From Antedon mediterranea (Eukaryota; Animalia; Echinodermata), in NCBI RefSeq assembly GCF_964355755.1, contig NC_092670.1:31546388-31610387 (forward strand): 64,000 bases of DNA. Direction: 5' to 3'. A program made the position numbers and the translations under genes. Of the stretch, positions 43,401 to 54,380 are shown one piece after another (position 1 is the stretch's first letter; the number at the start of each line of letters is the position of its first letter). Below the pieces are notes generated by a model that was not told where the DNA came from, made no database searches, and worked only from the letters and a program-made list of their open reading frames with translations.

Positions 43401-44669
43401 CAATCAAAATAAAATTTAAAAAATTGAAAACAAAATTGATGATACTGCATAGGCAAATGATTTATACAATTTAAAAAAGTATGGACAAGGTAGTTAATTT
43501 ACCTCAACAAAATTATTTAAAAATGTTATCGAAACAGGCCCATAGTAAGGTATTAGATTTTGTTATTTTTTGCAGTGTTTCTGTACATATTGATCACTGT
43601 TATACATTAGGATAGTATAAACCTAATAAACCACAGCAGTTAATGTATGTAGTTATTAATTTTAATAGGGTGTCTATTTTTTAGCTTTTGTGACCACCAC
43701 CAATATACACTTTGAAAATTCACCGAATTTATCATTTTGATTATTTTATTTTTCAGAAAACTTGACAAACTGGAGAAAAAACAAGCTCAGTTAAAAGACG
43801 GTGATGACAAGAAGAAACGAAAGAAATCTAGAAAAAGAAAGTATTCTAGTTCAGAAAGTGATAGTGATAGCGACTCTTCTGCAGAAGAAGAGAAAAAGAA
43901 ATCAAGAAAGAAAAAATTAAAGAAAAGAAAATCTCTTTCTGATACTGATTCCCGAAAGAAAAAGTTGCAGAAACAGAAGTATGATTTTGAAAGTGACTCT
44001 GAAGATGAAAGCAGATCTGGAAAAAGAAAGTCACAGAAAAAAAGAAATTCAAGTGAACATAATGACAGAGTGCGAAAGCATTCAAAAGAACATGTATCAA
44101 GACAAATTAAGAAAGAACCAGAAAGTAGTGATTCAGATGACGTAAAGAACAGACGAAAGTCACGAAAGAAAAAGAAGCAAGAAACGGAATCAAGCGATTC
44201 CAGTGAATCTAGTAGCAGTAGTAGTTCAGAAAGCGAAGTTGATACCAGGAAGAAGCGAAGACAAAGAAAACAGCAGGAATCAAGTTCTAATGAGGAAAGC
44301 GAGGTTAATGGAGGAAGGAGACGTAGTGAGGGACAGCATGAAAAGAAGCAATTGTACAATTCCTCTGATGGCAGAAGGCGGCATGAAGTTCATGTAAAAG
44401 AGGAAAGAAATCACCGATCTGAAAGAGATGGTAGACATTCAGACAGACAAAATGGGTATGATAATAGACAGAGGGATGTCGATAGACAGAGGGACGTCGA
44501 CAGGCAAAAGGATGTCGACAGACAGAGAGATTTTGATAGAAAGAGGGATACAAGAAGGTCTGGAGAAAATAGTAGAAGAGAAGGGGATCAAAGAAGAGAT
44601 CATCATAGAGATGAAAGGGATCATAGAAGGCAAAGTGATAGTAGAGGAAGAAGAAGGGACTATCGATAA
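37439..44669 (+). CDS. CIR1: Corepressor interacting with RBPJ 1 (6 coding exons)
   Basis: Exons 37439-37510, 37970-38064, 38266-38503, 38726-38872, 39016-39101, 43757-44669, all in phase. Motifs [70 protein letters not shown] are present, followed by a K/S/R/D-rich tail. Confidence 0.95.
39495..43366 (-). mobile_element. Academ-type DNA transposon (AcademX-like), internally deleted and decayed, in CIR1 intron 5
   Basis: Long TIRs begin TAGTCCAGTCAATCTA (39495) and end TAGATTGACTGGACTA (43366), with a 3-bp AAA on both sides. Subterminal repeats contain TTTTGACCTTTGAC. The interior is a broken ORF with an XPG/FEN1-like nuclease and a Cys-rich finger. Confidence 0.85.
40741..42565 (-). pseudogene. 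Frameshifted C-terminal part of the Academ protein: transposase tail, XPG/PIN-like nuclease, Cys-rich (CXC-like) zinc finger
   Basis: Fragments in shifting frames: [119 protein letters not shown]. Confidence 0.85.
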
Positions 44670-45074
44670 CCTGGTATGACACTTATTGTGTTACATATGC
44701 CAACTACTGTTACAAATATCTGGAGAGGTCTAGTGACCTGATGGAACTGGTTATCATACAAAGGAACCATATGTGATGGAAGGATAGAGAAAATCTATTG
44801 CCAATGAATGTAGCAATGAGGGTTAGAAATTGCATGGCACTACTATGGAGGGTGTTAGATGAGACTATAGAATAGTCGCATGCAGTACAAATACAAGAAT
44901 CTTTGTTTTATTTAAAAAATGAAATTGGTTACAATATGCTTTTCTATATGATAAATAAAAAGTATACCGTATAGTATGTACAGACTAAATAATGAAATTT
45001 GTAAAATTTTATAATAAATATTGATGTAATGTATAGATAGTTTTGTCACTGTGACCTTAGTTTTATTGTTTTAA

Positions 45075-46391
45075 CTAGATGGTACGCTCGCTTCGCTCGC
45101 GTACCATCTAGGTCGTGCCCACAGATGGTTCTCGAATACACAGTAATTTCAGAATAAAAAATCTGGCGATTTTAAATGCACGTACCGTAGGACTATAATA
45201 CATTGCCGTTTACAGAAACGAATAAGTAGACACAATGATTTATGTAGTCAACCAAAATTAGCACCCTGGGAATTACTTCCGAAAGAGAAACTTACCACAA
45301 AATGAGTCCAACTTGTTTATTCATTTAAAGAAACCCAATTAGGGTTGAGGTATGGGAAAGAGGATAGGTACAAAGAGGAACAATTTTTAAATATATTCTT
45401 TATCCACGTCAGTAACGAAATATTGTTTTCATTTTTTATAGGCCTATAAATAATATACCACTAACGGTGACTAAATATAGTAAAACATTTGCGATTTAAT
45501 ACTTTGTTAAAACTGTCACTGTCATAGTCGATTGAAATAGTAAAGTACATGTAACGATACACCACTACGACGTTTATATTTTTTGTAATTATTAATTAAT
45601 GCAAACGTTGAGAAGCAACTGTCAGTAATAAAGTTTATTTGTATATTACGTGTTTATATATCTAACAGTAGAGCCTACCCATAATCACAGTAATAAAGTT
45701 TATTTGTATATATTTTTTTACATCTAACAGTATTCACAGTAAGAAATGTTTGTATATATTTTTTTACATCTAACAGTATTCACAGTAAGAAATGTTCGAT
45801 TCAAATGACGACCAAAAATGGTTAATAGGTATTTGCAGTACTGTATTGTCAAAGTATTGCAAGTTTATTCTCCAAGGGCTCATAAATTTACCTACTTGTG
45901 TTAAACCAAACTGGCAGACTGAGAGATTGGAATGTTCCATTCATCGCAAATCAATACATTTGTAAAAACGTAAATTAAATCTATCAAAATAGTATTTTTT
46001 AAAGAAAATCGGCCTGTCTTCAACATTATGATGCTGTACTCGGGCAGTTCAACCGGTTTTCAGCTATTAAAAACAATTATCATAGGAGGAGATAGGAAAA
46101 TGCGAAGCGTCCTAGTATTATTGTGTGCGGGTATTTTTCAAGTTGGACATCCATTAGACAGTGTATACCACGATCGGAAAACACCCCTATTTGGGGCAAA
46201 TCGTTGAACCTAAATTCGTTTTAATCGTCAATAACTAATTATCTAACTCAATTTAATTAGTAAATAGGGTTACATCAGGTGGTTAATATCAGTACCGAAA
46301 GTACGAACCAACTTTATATACCATCGAGTAAAAATTCTAGAAATAAACCGCGATTTATCGAATTTTGCCCTTACGTAAATTTATATATAGA
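45075..46391 (-). mobile_element. Non-autonomous Helitron, copy 2 (inverted relative to 20279-21721)
   Basis: The reverse complement reads A|TCTATATATAAATTTACGTAAGGGC ... GTACCATCTAG|T. Both ends align with copy 1 but the middle differs. Confidence 0.85.
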
Positions 46392-48510
46392 TTTGTGTAC
46401 ATATTTATTCAGAATGGTCTAACTCAGTCAATGATAAATACAATGACCAGTAACATTTATTTCAAGTTTACTACTGTAATATATATTTAAGGATTTTTCT
46501 CCATTCACAAAGGTTTAACAGCAAAAATGTTCACCCTCATAATAATTGCTTTACAAACATACTTTTCAGAACTTAAATTAAGGAGCATTTATCATTGTGT
46601 TTTAATTTTTCATTTCCTTGTCCTGTCCAACTCTTTAATAGCCTCATAGTAAATCAAATAAACTCAAATTTGCACATATATACTACTGTGTCCTATTATA
46701 TTTGTACTATTGTAATATAAATTATATAATACCATATTTAAGGTTATATAAAGAAAATAATCGTGCACATGGCAAGCAGTGGGATATATTCTTATTACTG
46801 TTAAATTAAAAGGACATTACATTGTATGTAAATAAGACACAACTTTAAGGATAAATAAATATAAAAAATATATTAATGTAAAATAGGGCTTGCTTACAGC
46901 CAACCCAAAATACACACTATAACTAACTATCTATATATTTATATAATATATATATTTGAATGCATTGTATAAGTACTTTTTTAATTGCCACTAAACCTGG
47001 TCGACCAATAATATTGCCAAAAATGTTTAAATTGTCACATTTTTATAAATTCTTCATTCCTATACTTAGTACATGCTATTGTTTGAATGTGCCAATGGCA
47101 AAATAACATGGATTTATATTAGCAGGCCTTTTTACACTGCCTTTGGTACATGAAGTCACTGTGACTATCCTTGCACTGAACGCACAAACTTGTCATTACT
47201 AACCGTTTGTTGTAAACAACAACAAAACACGCAATCAAACAACGTCACAAGCAGACATTTCGGAAAATTCACCAAAAGAACCATGATTAATGCGAGAATA
47301 ACCAAAGCTAAATAATTTACAATTTATATTAAACTTTTTTTCCAATTAAATCTTAAATTATATTGTTAATATAATTCTATCAATATTTCTGCGCTAACGC
47401 TCTTTGTATCTATGCGACAACAAAATGTGATGTGCCCATATTTGGACATGATGTCATATCACTACCATATTTAGGCACATCACATTTTAGTTGTTGATAG
47501 TGTAGACAGAGCTTTATAAATCTATTGACTAATTGACAAATATAACCATACAACAATTATTATAATATTTAATAATAAATTCACCTAACTTCCTAAAAGA
47601 AACTTGCATTAATATTCATTCATAGACAATGTTGATAATATTTGGTTAACGTATTTGGAATGTGAAAAGAATTTGTTTAAAATGTGAATAAAATAATCAT
47701 TTATTTTAAAACCATTAGTTACAATGATACGGTACTGTTTGCTTTTATTTGGCCCTGTATTCCACTATATACAATGCTAGTCTACTCATGCTTGTTACAT
47801 ATGTATTGTAATAAAAACAAATGTTTATACCGAACCAGAAACAAGTCCCAATGTCATCCCACATTCCATTAATTTGCGTGACCTCTTACACTGGGTAAGC
47901 CCATACCACTGGTACCATCAATTTAAAAAAACAAGAGAAATATAGACATGAACAGCAAGGGATGTGTTATATGTTGCAGCATTATATTACATACAATTTT
48001 TATTCTGTAGAAACTATTTGCTCTAACACCAAATAGTATATCATTATCAAGATATTCAACATCTAGCCATGTTTAAATTAATCATGTTGTGGTAGCATTT
48101 TTTTTTCTCCCTCTCTTTTTATACTTATATTTTACTTTTGTTTGGTATATCCTTTTATGCAACATATGCATAAGTTGAATACGCAAGCCAGTGGAGAAGA
48201 CTGATTTAGCGGATGTGAGAGTGAAACTCCGCCCTTCCCCACACATTCCACAAATCTAATAAAGATTGAGCTTTTTTTCCAGGCATACTGGTCCCACCTG
48301 CTGGTGTATTTCGGATATGCTTTATTGTTCATGGTATTTGTGAAGTTTCGATATGGTTTTTTTATGAATGACCACTGCCAATTTGGGAAATATTTAATTA
48401 AGAACAAAGGAGATGGATGGATTAGAATGTAGAGAGGACATTAGTATATGTCACAAAATATTCTAGCTGCTCCCCATGTCTAAAATGGCATTAATATGCC
48501 TTACCACACA

Positions 48511-51500
48511 TCAATAAAACTTCATCTCTGATTCCACACAGTCTTCAAAAAGGGCATTTAACTCTGATACTGTAACCTCTTCACCCTGGATGACCTCTTT
48601 CACACCATCTAATCCCATTTGTTCCAGGTCCCGCATCATTTCTTTCAGCTCATTTGATTGGTCTCTCGCCTTTTCATGATGTTTGTACAGCTCATGCTTC
48701 GCATCTGTTTTCGAAGGGGAAACGGTGTAATTCCCAAAACTGGTTTCTTTTGTAAACACAAATGGCTTATAAACGGACTGGCATGGGTCTGGAGTAGCTG
48801 TAACAAGGTGGACACATGGCGCATTAGAGCTTTCTGGAGTCAAGATGGAGACCATGCTACCAACAGTCACATGATCTGGTCCTGACTGGCACACACCGCT
48901 TGATTGGTCACGCAGAATATTAATCATTCCTTTGACATCTAAAGAACCTATAGAAAAAATTCAAAGGTTGTAAACAAGCAAACTAACAATGGCATTAAAT
49001 TATTGTACAAATGATTTCAGTTATAGTAAATATACAGTATTGTAAACTGCTTCTTTGAGGTCAATTTCCTGTGAAACGAAGAGAAAGTATTATTTTAACG
49101 CTACGGACACTTTTCCTCTTCTGTACTGTATATATACACAAACACCATAAGTTGTATCATTAGTTCCACCAAAAGATCTTATAAAAAACAGCAAGTGAGT
49201 GGCCGAGCGGTTAAGACAGTGGAACCGTAATTACATATCCATAACATCGGCAGGGGTTCGAGGCTCACTCACTCCATGGTTCTGGTGGTAGAACGAGTCT
49301 TCTCGGATAAGGAATATAAACCGTAGGTCCAGTGTACACATCTAGCTTGTGTGCACTTTAAAGAACCTAGTACATCTTTCGAGACGAGTAGGGGGTTACC
49401 CAGGTGTATTAGTACATCACAGCCACTGATCATAACTGGGCCTTCTGGGAGACCAGTCTTTGACTGAAGAGGTTACCCAGTATAAATATATATTTCAATC
49501 AATCAATATGGCCAAATATGGTAGTGATATGACATCATCAAGTTTGACAGAGCTTTAAGAGGGGTTCTACTGAAACATAAAACAAAAACAAACAAATTAT
49601 CAGGCCGGTAGGTGTGGAGTGTAATATTGTAAATTTAATACGTTGTTTTTCTGTTTTAGAGTTTTAATTATTTAAATTTTATGCAGAGATATTACACTTA
49701 AAAAAACATGTAAATGTTTTACAGAGTAGAGTATTTTGTATCCAAAGTAAAGCAGATGGCTTATACTGGAAGCTGGTTAATTGATAACGTTTGATTGTTC
49801 ACATTCAATATTTATAATATGGAGGTATAAATGAATACGTTATACCACCATACAGTAATCATAGTTGATGTTTTTTGGGAAATTCATTGATGCAAAAGTC
49901 TAAAGATAAGGGATTCTATCGACCTCAACATGAATGATAGCCGCCAATGGGCGACTTGTGTTGGGGTGACTTGACTGGATATATATATTTCAATCAATCA
50001 ATAAGATACTGTATAGATCTATCACAATTTAAAAATCGACCAGAAATCATGTTTAAAAGACATTTGGTTAATTGCACCCACTAAGATTTCAAGAACAATA
50101 ATATATGGGTTTTTTTTTAGTACATTTAATGTTTAAAAAAATAGTGTATACATACGAGAAAATAGCTGTAAAGTAAAATATGACCTTTAACATTTCTTTT
50201 AATACTTTAGGCCTACAATAAAACCATCATAATCTTCATCATCAAATGACAGTTTGACCTTTTAAGCAAATTAATTCTCACTTTAAACAAATTTAAATCC
50301 ATGTTAATAGCACTGGTCTTGCTACATATATTCAATACGTATATTTGTAACTTGTTTTGATATAAATACTGTGTTCACTGAATTCTATGGAAAATACACT
50401 ATTATGGTATATTTTGTTATTGTAGGGACAGTTCTGTCTTGTATAGCAAGCAGCCAATGAGGAGTACAATATTTGTAGTCTTACAGTTTTATTTTTTTGA
50501 CTGTGTAATTTGCATAAAACGTTTCATAATCTTTTATTTAATATGTCTATAATATTTTATATTTCTTAATCATTACTTTGTTATTTATATTTATTTATTA
50601 GTTTATAGTAGTTAAGTAGTAGTTAATAGCGTTCACTACTGACCAGTTGAACGTGTTTCAGGACCATATAGGTACTAATAACATGACGTAACTTTACGAT
50701 CAAATTAAAGCCACAGGCTACTTGAAAAGTGTAATTTTTGTTTAAACCAACATCATTTTATCAAATATAAAAGAACATATTGTACATTAATCTAATCTGA
50801 GTGGAGTTCTCCTTTAAGGTAGGATAGAACAATTCACCACAGCCTTCTAGTGGGGCTGATTCCAAATAATTATCTTGCAGGTCAGATATAGAGTGTAGCA
50901 TCACTAGTAGGATTCAGTTGGTCGAATTCCCGAAAGCTCATGGCTTATATGGACATCAACAACCCATTGTTTAACCTCTTCTAATTTTTTCTTTATCTCT
51001 TCACAAAGCATACAGTACATACCTGATGATTTGTTCAATAGTTCCTTTGCTGCTTCGTATCTACTGCTGCTTGTGCCAGCTTGATATGTCCCAGCAAAGT
51101 CAAAATCTCCATTGGCTTTCACACTCTCAGACTCAGCATTTCTTTTGGTGTGTATAGTATAACTATTTGATATGTTCCTTATACCCTCTGTAAAAAAACA
51201 GTGTTTTCATTGTAAGCATACAATAATGCACAGAATCAAGGAATGCTATTCGTACCTTTGTAATTCACACTAGTATGATGAATCTCAAATAGTTTAGGCT
51301 CAACTCTTTTAATATGTTAATAATTGTCACACCACAGTGACCTTCCCTATCTAACTCCGGCCAATCTCATGGAAAATTGCTGACCAGCCATCCACCATTA
51401 TCAGTTCATTTAGCTTATTAGAGGGTTCTCATATGAAATCAAAGATAGGATTTTACTGACCATTTGGATGGACAATCAACAATAATACCCTTTGCACCCT

Positions 51501-53577
51501 CCCAGAGTGTAGCACGCCACTGTCGATGGTTGTCAAAGGCATCTCTGTGTGGTCAGGTTGAAACCTTACCAACTGTACTAGTGGTTATAGCCCTGAGAAG
51601 TGCAAATGTTCACCTCCACCTCACCTCTATACCTGTACCTACCTTTAACCTGTTCAGCAACCCAGTCTTTGCCTGCCGTTTCCAGAACCCAGGCCTCCTT
51701 CCTGTCTGCAATCATATAAATATCATGAAACACAGAACTTTCCTCTTCACAGCAGCTACCACCAGTACCGTGTCTCTTGTGTAAACTGGTTATGATATCA
51801 AGTGCTTCTTTTGCACTATTGGCACGTTCTAACCCAAGCCTAGATTGTTTTTAGAAAACAAATACACATTATTTTATATATCAACAAACAGATCCAATCT
51901 TTTGAGTAGAGAAGCAGAAGCATTTTAACAAAGAATAATTGTAGGCTACTAGGCTTGATCAATTAGATTGTCCCAACAATAAGCTTTTTCTGTATATAAA
52001 TAAAATATTCATCCTCTCAGAATCAGTGCTTAAATTGTGTGCAATTCATTTCTAAACTGGTGTTGTCATTTAAATCTACCAGTGTGGTTTTCACATAATT
52101 ATGTCACTATGTAGGTTTTGGCCGTGCTACTTCTGATTCCTAGATTGTAAACATCAACTACTAAGCAGTCATTAAATTTATATCAAACCTGACAAGGTCT
52201 GGTCCAGTCAGTTTGCCTTCTTTGTCAGCATCTCCTAGGGCCTTTGAGACTACAGGTGTGTTTCCTATGCAAACTCCCTTATCGTTTGCTCCCATATCAG
52301 CACCCCACATCCAAGGTGTTTTACAGAGAAGTACAGCATTGCAGTGACCTACTTGTTCAACCTCAATATATGTACACTGAAAAATGTAATAAAAATTTAA
52401 GCATAAGTGCGGTGGGTCGTAGAGAGTCATGGTGCAGTCGGTGGTAGGGAGTCATGGTGCAGTAAGTGGTAGGGAGTCATGGTGCAGTAAGTGGTAGGGA
52501 GTCATGGTGCGGTGGGTGGTAGGGAGTCATGGTGCGGTGGGTGGTAGGGAGTCATGGTGCGGTGGGTGGTAGGGAGTCATGGTGCGGTGGGTGGTAGGGA
52601 GTCATGGTGCGGTGGGTGGTAGGGAGTCATGGTGCGGTGGGTGGTAGGGAGTCATGGTGCGGTGGGTGGTAGGGAGTCATGGTGCGGTGGGTGGTAGGGA
52701 GTCATGGTGCGGTGGGTGTGGTAGGGAGTCATGGTGCGGTGGGTGGTAGGGAATCATGGTGCGGTGGGTGGTAGGGAATCATGGTGCGGTGGGTGGTAGG
52801 GAGTCATGGTGCGGTGGGTTGTAGGGAGTCATGGTGCGGTGGGTGGTAGGGAGTCATGGTGCGGTGGGTGGTAGGGAGTCATGGTGCGGTGGGTGGTAGG
52901 GAGTCATGGTGCAGTGGGTGATAGGTAGTCATGCTGCGGTGGGTGGTAGGTAGTCATGGTGCGGTGGGTGGTAGGGAGTCATGGTGCGGTGGGTGGTAGG
53001 GAGTCATGGTGCGGTGGGTGGTAGGGAGTCATGGTGCGGTGGGTGGTAGGGAGTCATGGTGCGGTGGGTGGTAGGGAGTCATGGTGCGGTGGGTGGTAGG
53101 GAGTCATGGTGCGGTGGGTGGTAGGGAGTCACGGTGCGGTGGGTGGTAGGGAGTCACGGTGCGGTGGGTGGTAGGGAGTCACGGTGCGGTGGGTGGTAGG
53201 TAGTCATGGTGCGGTGGGTGGTAGGGAGTCATGGTGCGGTGGGTGGTAGGGAGTCATGGTGCGGTGGGTGGTAGGGAGTCATGGTGCGGTCGGTGGTAGG
53301 GAGTCATGGTGTGGTGGTACGGAGAAGGCACAAATTCTCATTCTCTCTGCCTCGTCCTCCAGATGAGACTTAAAGCCATTGGGCATGTGTATTTAATTGA
53401 TTGCATTATACTTGCCTTAACTTTTGACCCTGATGCATGATCAGTTGGTGGACAATATATTACTTCGTGTATAACTTCTTTTGCGTTACCAGCATTTTTG
53501 GCGAACAGGATAACGGCATCAACTGATGCAGGCGGTAAGGCCACAAATGCGTCACATGGATGAGGAGACAATGCCAT
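48511..53577 (-). CDS. Secernin-family protein (peptidase C69/Ntn-hydrolase fold), divergent; 5 coding exons
   Basis: Exons 53577-53416, 52376-52189, 51839-51643, 51187-51023, 48947-48511, all in phase. Motifs [72 protein letters not shown]...[23 protein letters not shown] and [13 protein letters not shown]. The paralog (SCRN1/2/3) cannot be assigned. Confidence 0.9.
49193..49507 (+). mobile_element. Full-length tRNA-derived SINE with Deu-like domain
   Basis: A-box TGGCCGAGCGG, B-box GGTTCGAGGC, core TCGGATAAGGAATATAAACCGTAGGTCC...TTTAAAGAACC...GAGTAGGGGGTTACCCAGGTG and a (TCAA)n tail. Confidence 0.8.
52405..53320. repeat. G-rich minisatellite, 25-bp unit GGTGCGGTGGGTGGTAGGGAGTCAT, about 36 copies
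   Basis: Direct tandem copies fill most of the secernin intron 52377-53415. Confidence 0.97.
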
Positions 53578-54028
53578 TCCTACTGTACTGGATTTAAATA
53601 TACTTTAAATGTTAAACAAATGAATCAATAAAATGAACAGCAGGCAACCGTCTTTGGGTGTCTGTCAAAATGTAAATGTAGCCAAATCCTAAAATCCATC
53701 TAGACCAGGTGAACTTAAAAGTTAAAACGTCTCTAAATAATCAACAACCCCCGTCCCCAGTCAGAAAGGGCGGGGACTTCTACTATCTAAGCGTAAAGTA
53801 GTAGGGGTCGGGTGGGTTATTCGTGGGTTTAACCTTCAAAACCATGGAGGTATAAAATTAAGATTAATTTTCTAACTCCGGCATGTTCAAAACGGCCACA
53901 AAATGGGCTTGGCCTACCTAAACTGTCTTGTCTGTAGTAGCCAAGTCTACTCTATCTAAGTATCTAGGCCTAGGACTTAGACCCGCCGCCTAATATTTAT
54001 TTCATTGATACGTATCAAACTACTCACC

Positions 54029-54345
54029 TTAAAAGTGGGATTCAAGTATGTATTTTGTAAATTTATAATAATTTAATTAGTGTTTACGATCGAAGCAGCA
54101 GTAGCAGCTCAGGCAGATGGTAAAACGCTTGAATGATTTCAGACCAATACCATATTGCAGGTATATAAACTATACCAAACTGGCGAGTAAATCATGTTTT
54201 ACTTTTTAAACCTCGCAACGTCTGGTTGAAAAGGCTACTCGGACCAATAATTTCTATTAGCCTAGGGGTTATTGCGATTTGGACGTTTCTGATTGGTTGT
54301 AGCCATGGACTACATTGATTAACACTGTTCTGATTGGTTGTAGCT
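54029..54345 (-). promoter_or_regulatory. Putative secernin core promoter and non-coding first exon
   Basis: On the - strand there are two AACCAATCAG CCAAT boxes (about 54290 and 54330), a TATA-like TTTATATA (about 54162-54169) and an Inr-like TCATT about 25 nt downstream. A strong donor AAG|GTGAGT follows at about 54028. Confidence 0.55.
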
Positions 54346-54380
54346 TTGAATACTTCTCGGAACTCATCCTTAATACAATA

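Noticed and set aside
43787-44682. Several antisense and alternative-frame ORFs
   Set aside because: They are shadows of the low-complexity last exon of CIR1.
49193-49275. tRNA gene
   Set aside because: The A and B boxes continue into a SINE body and tail. I could not see a proper cloverleaf or terminator.
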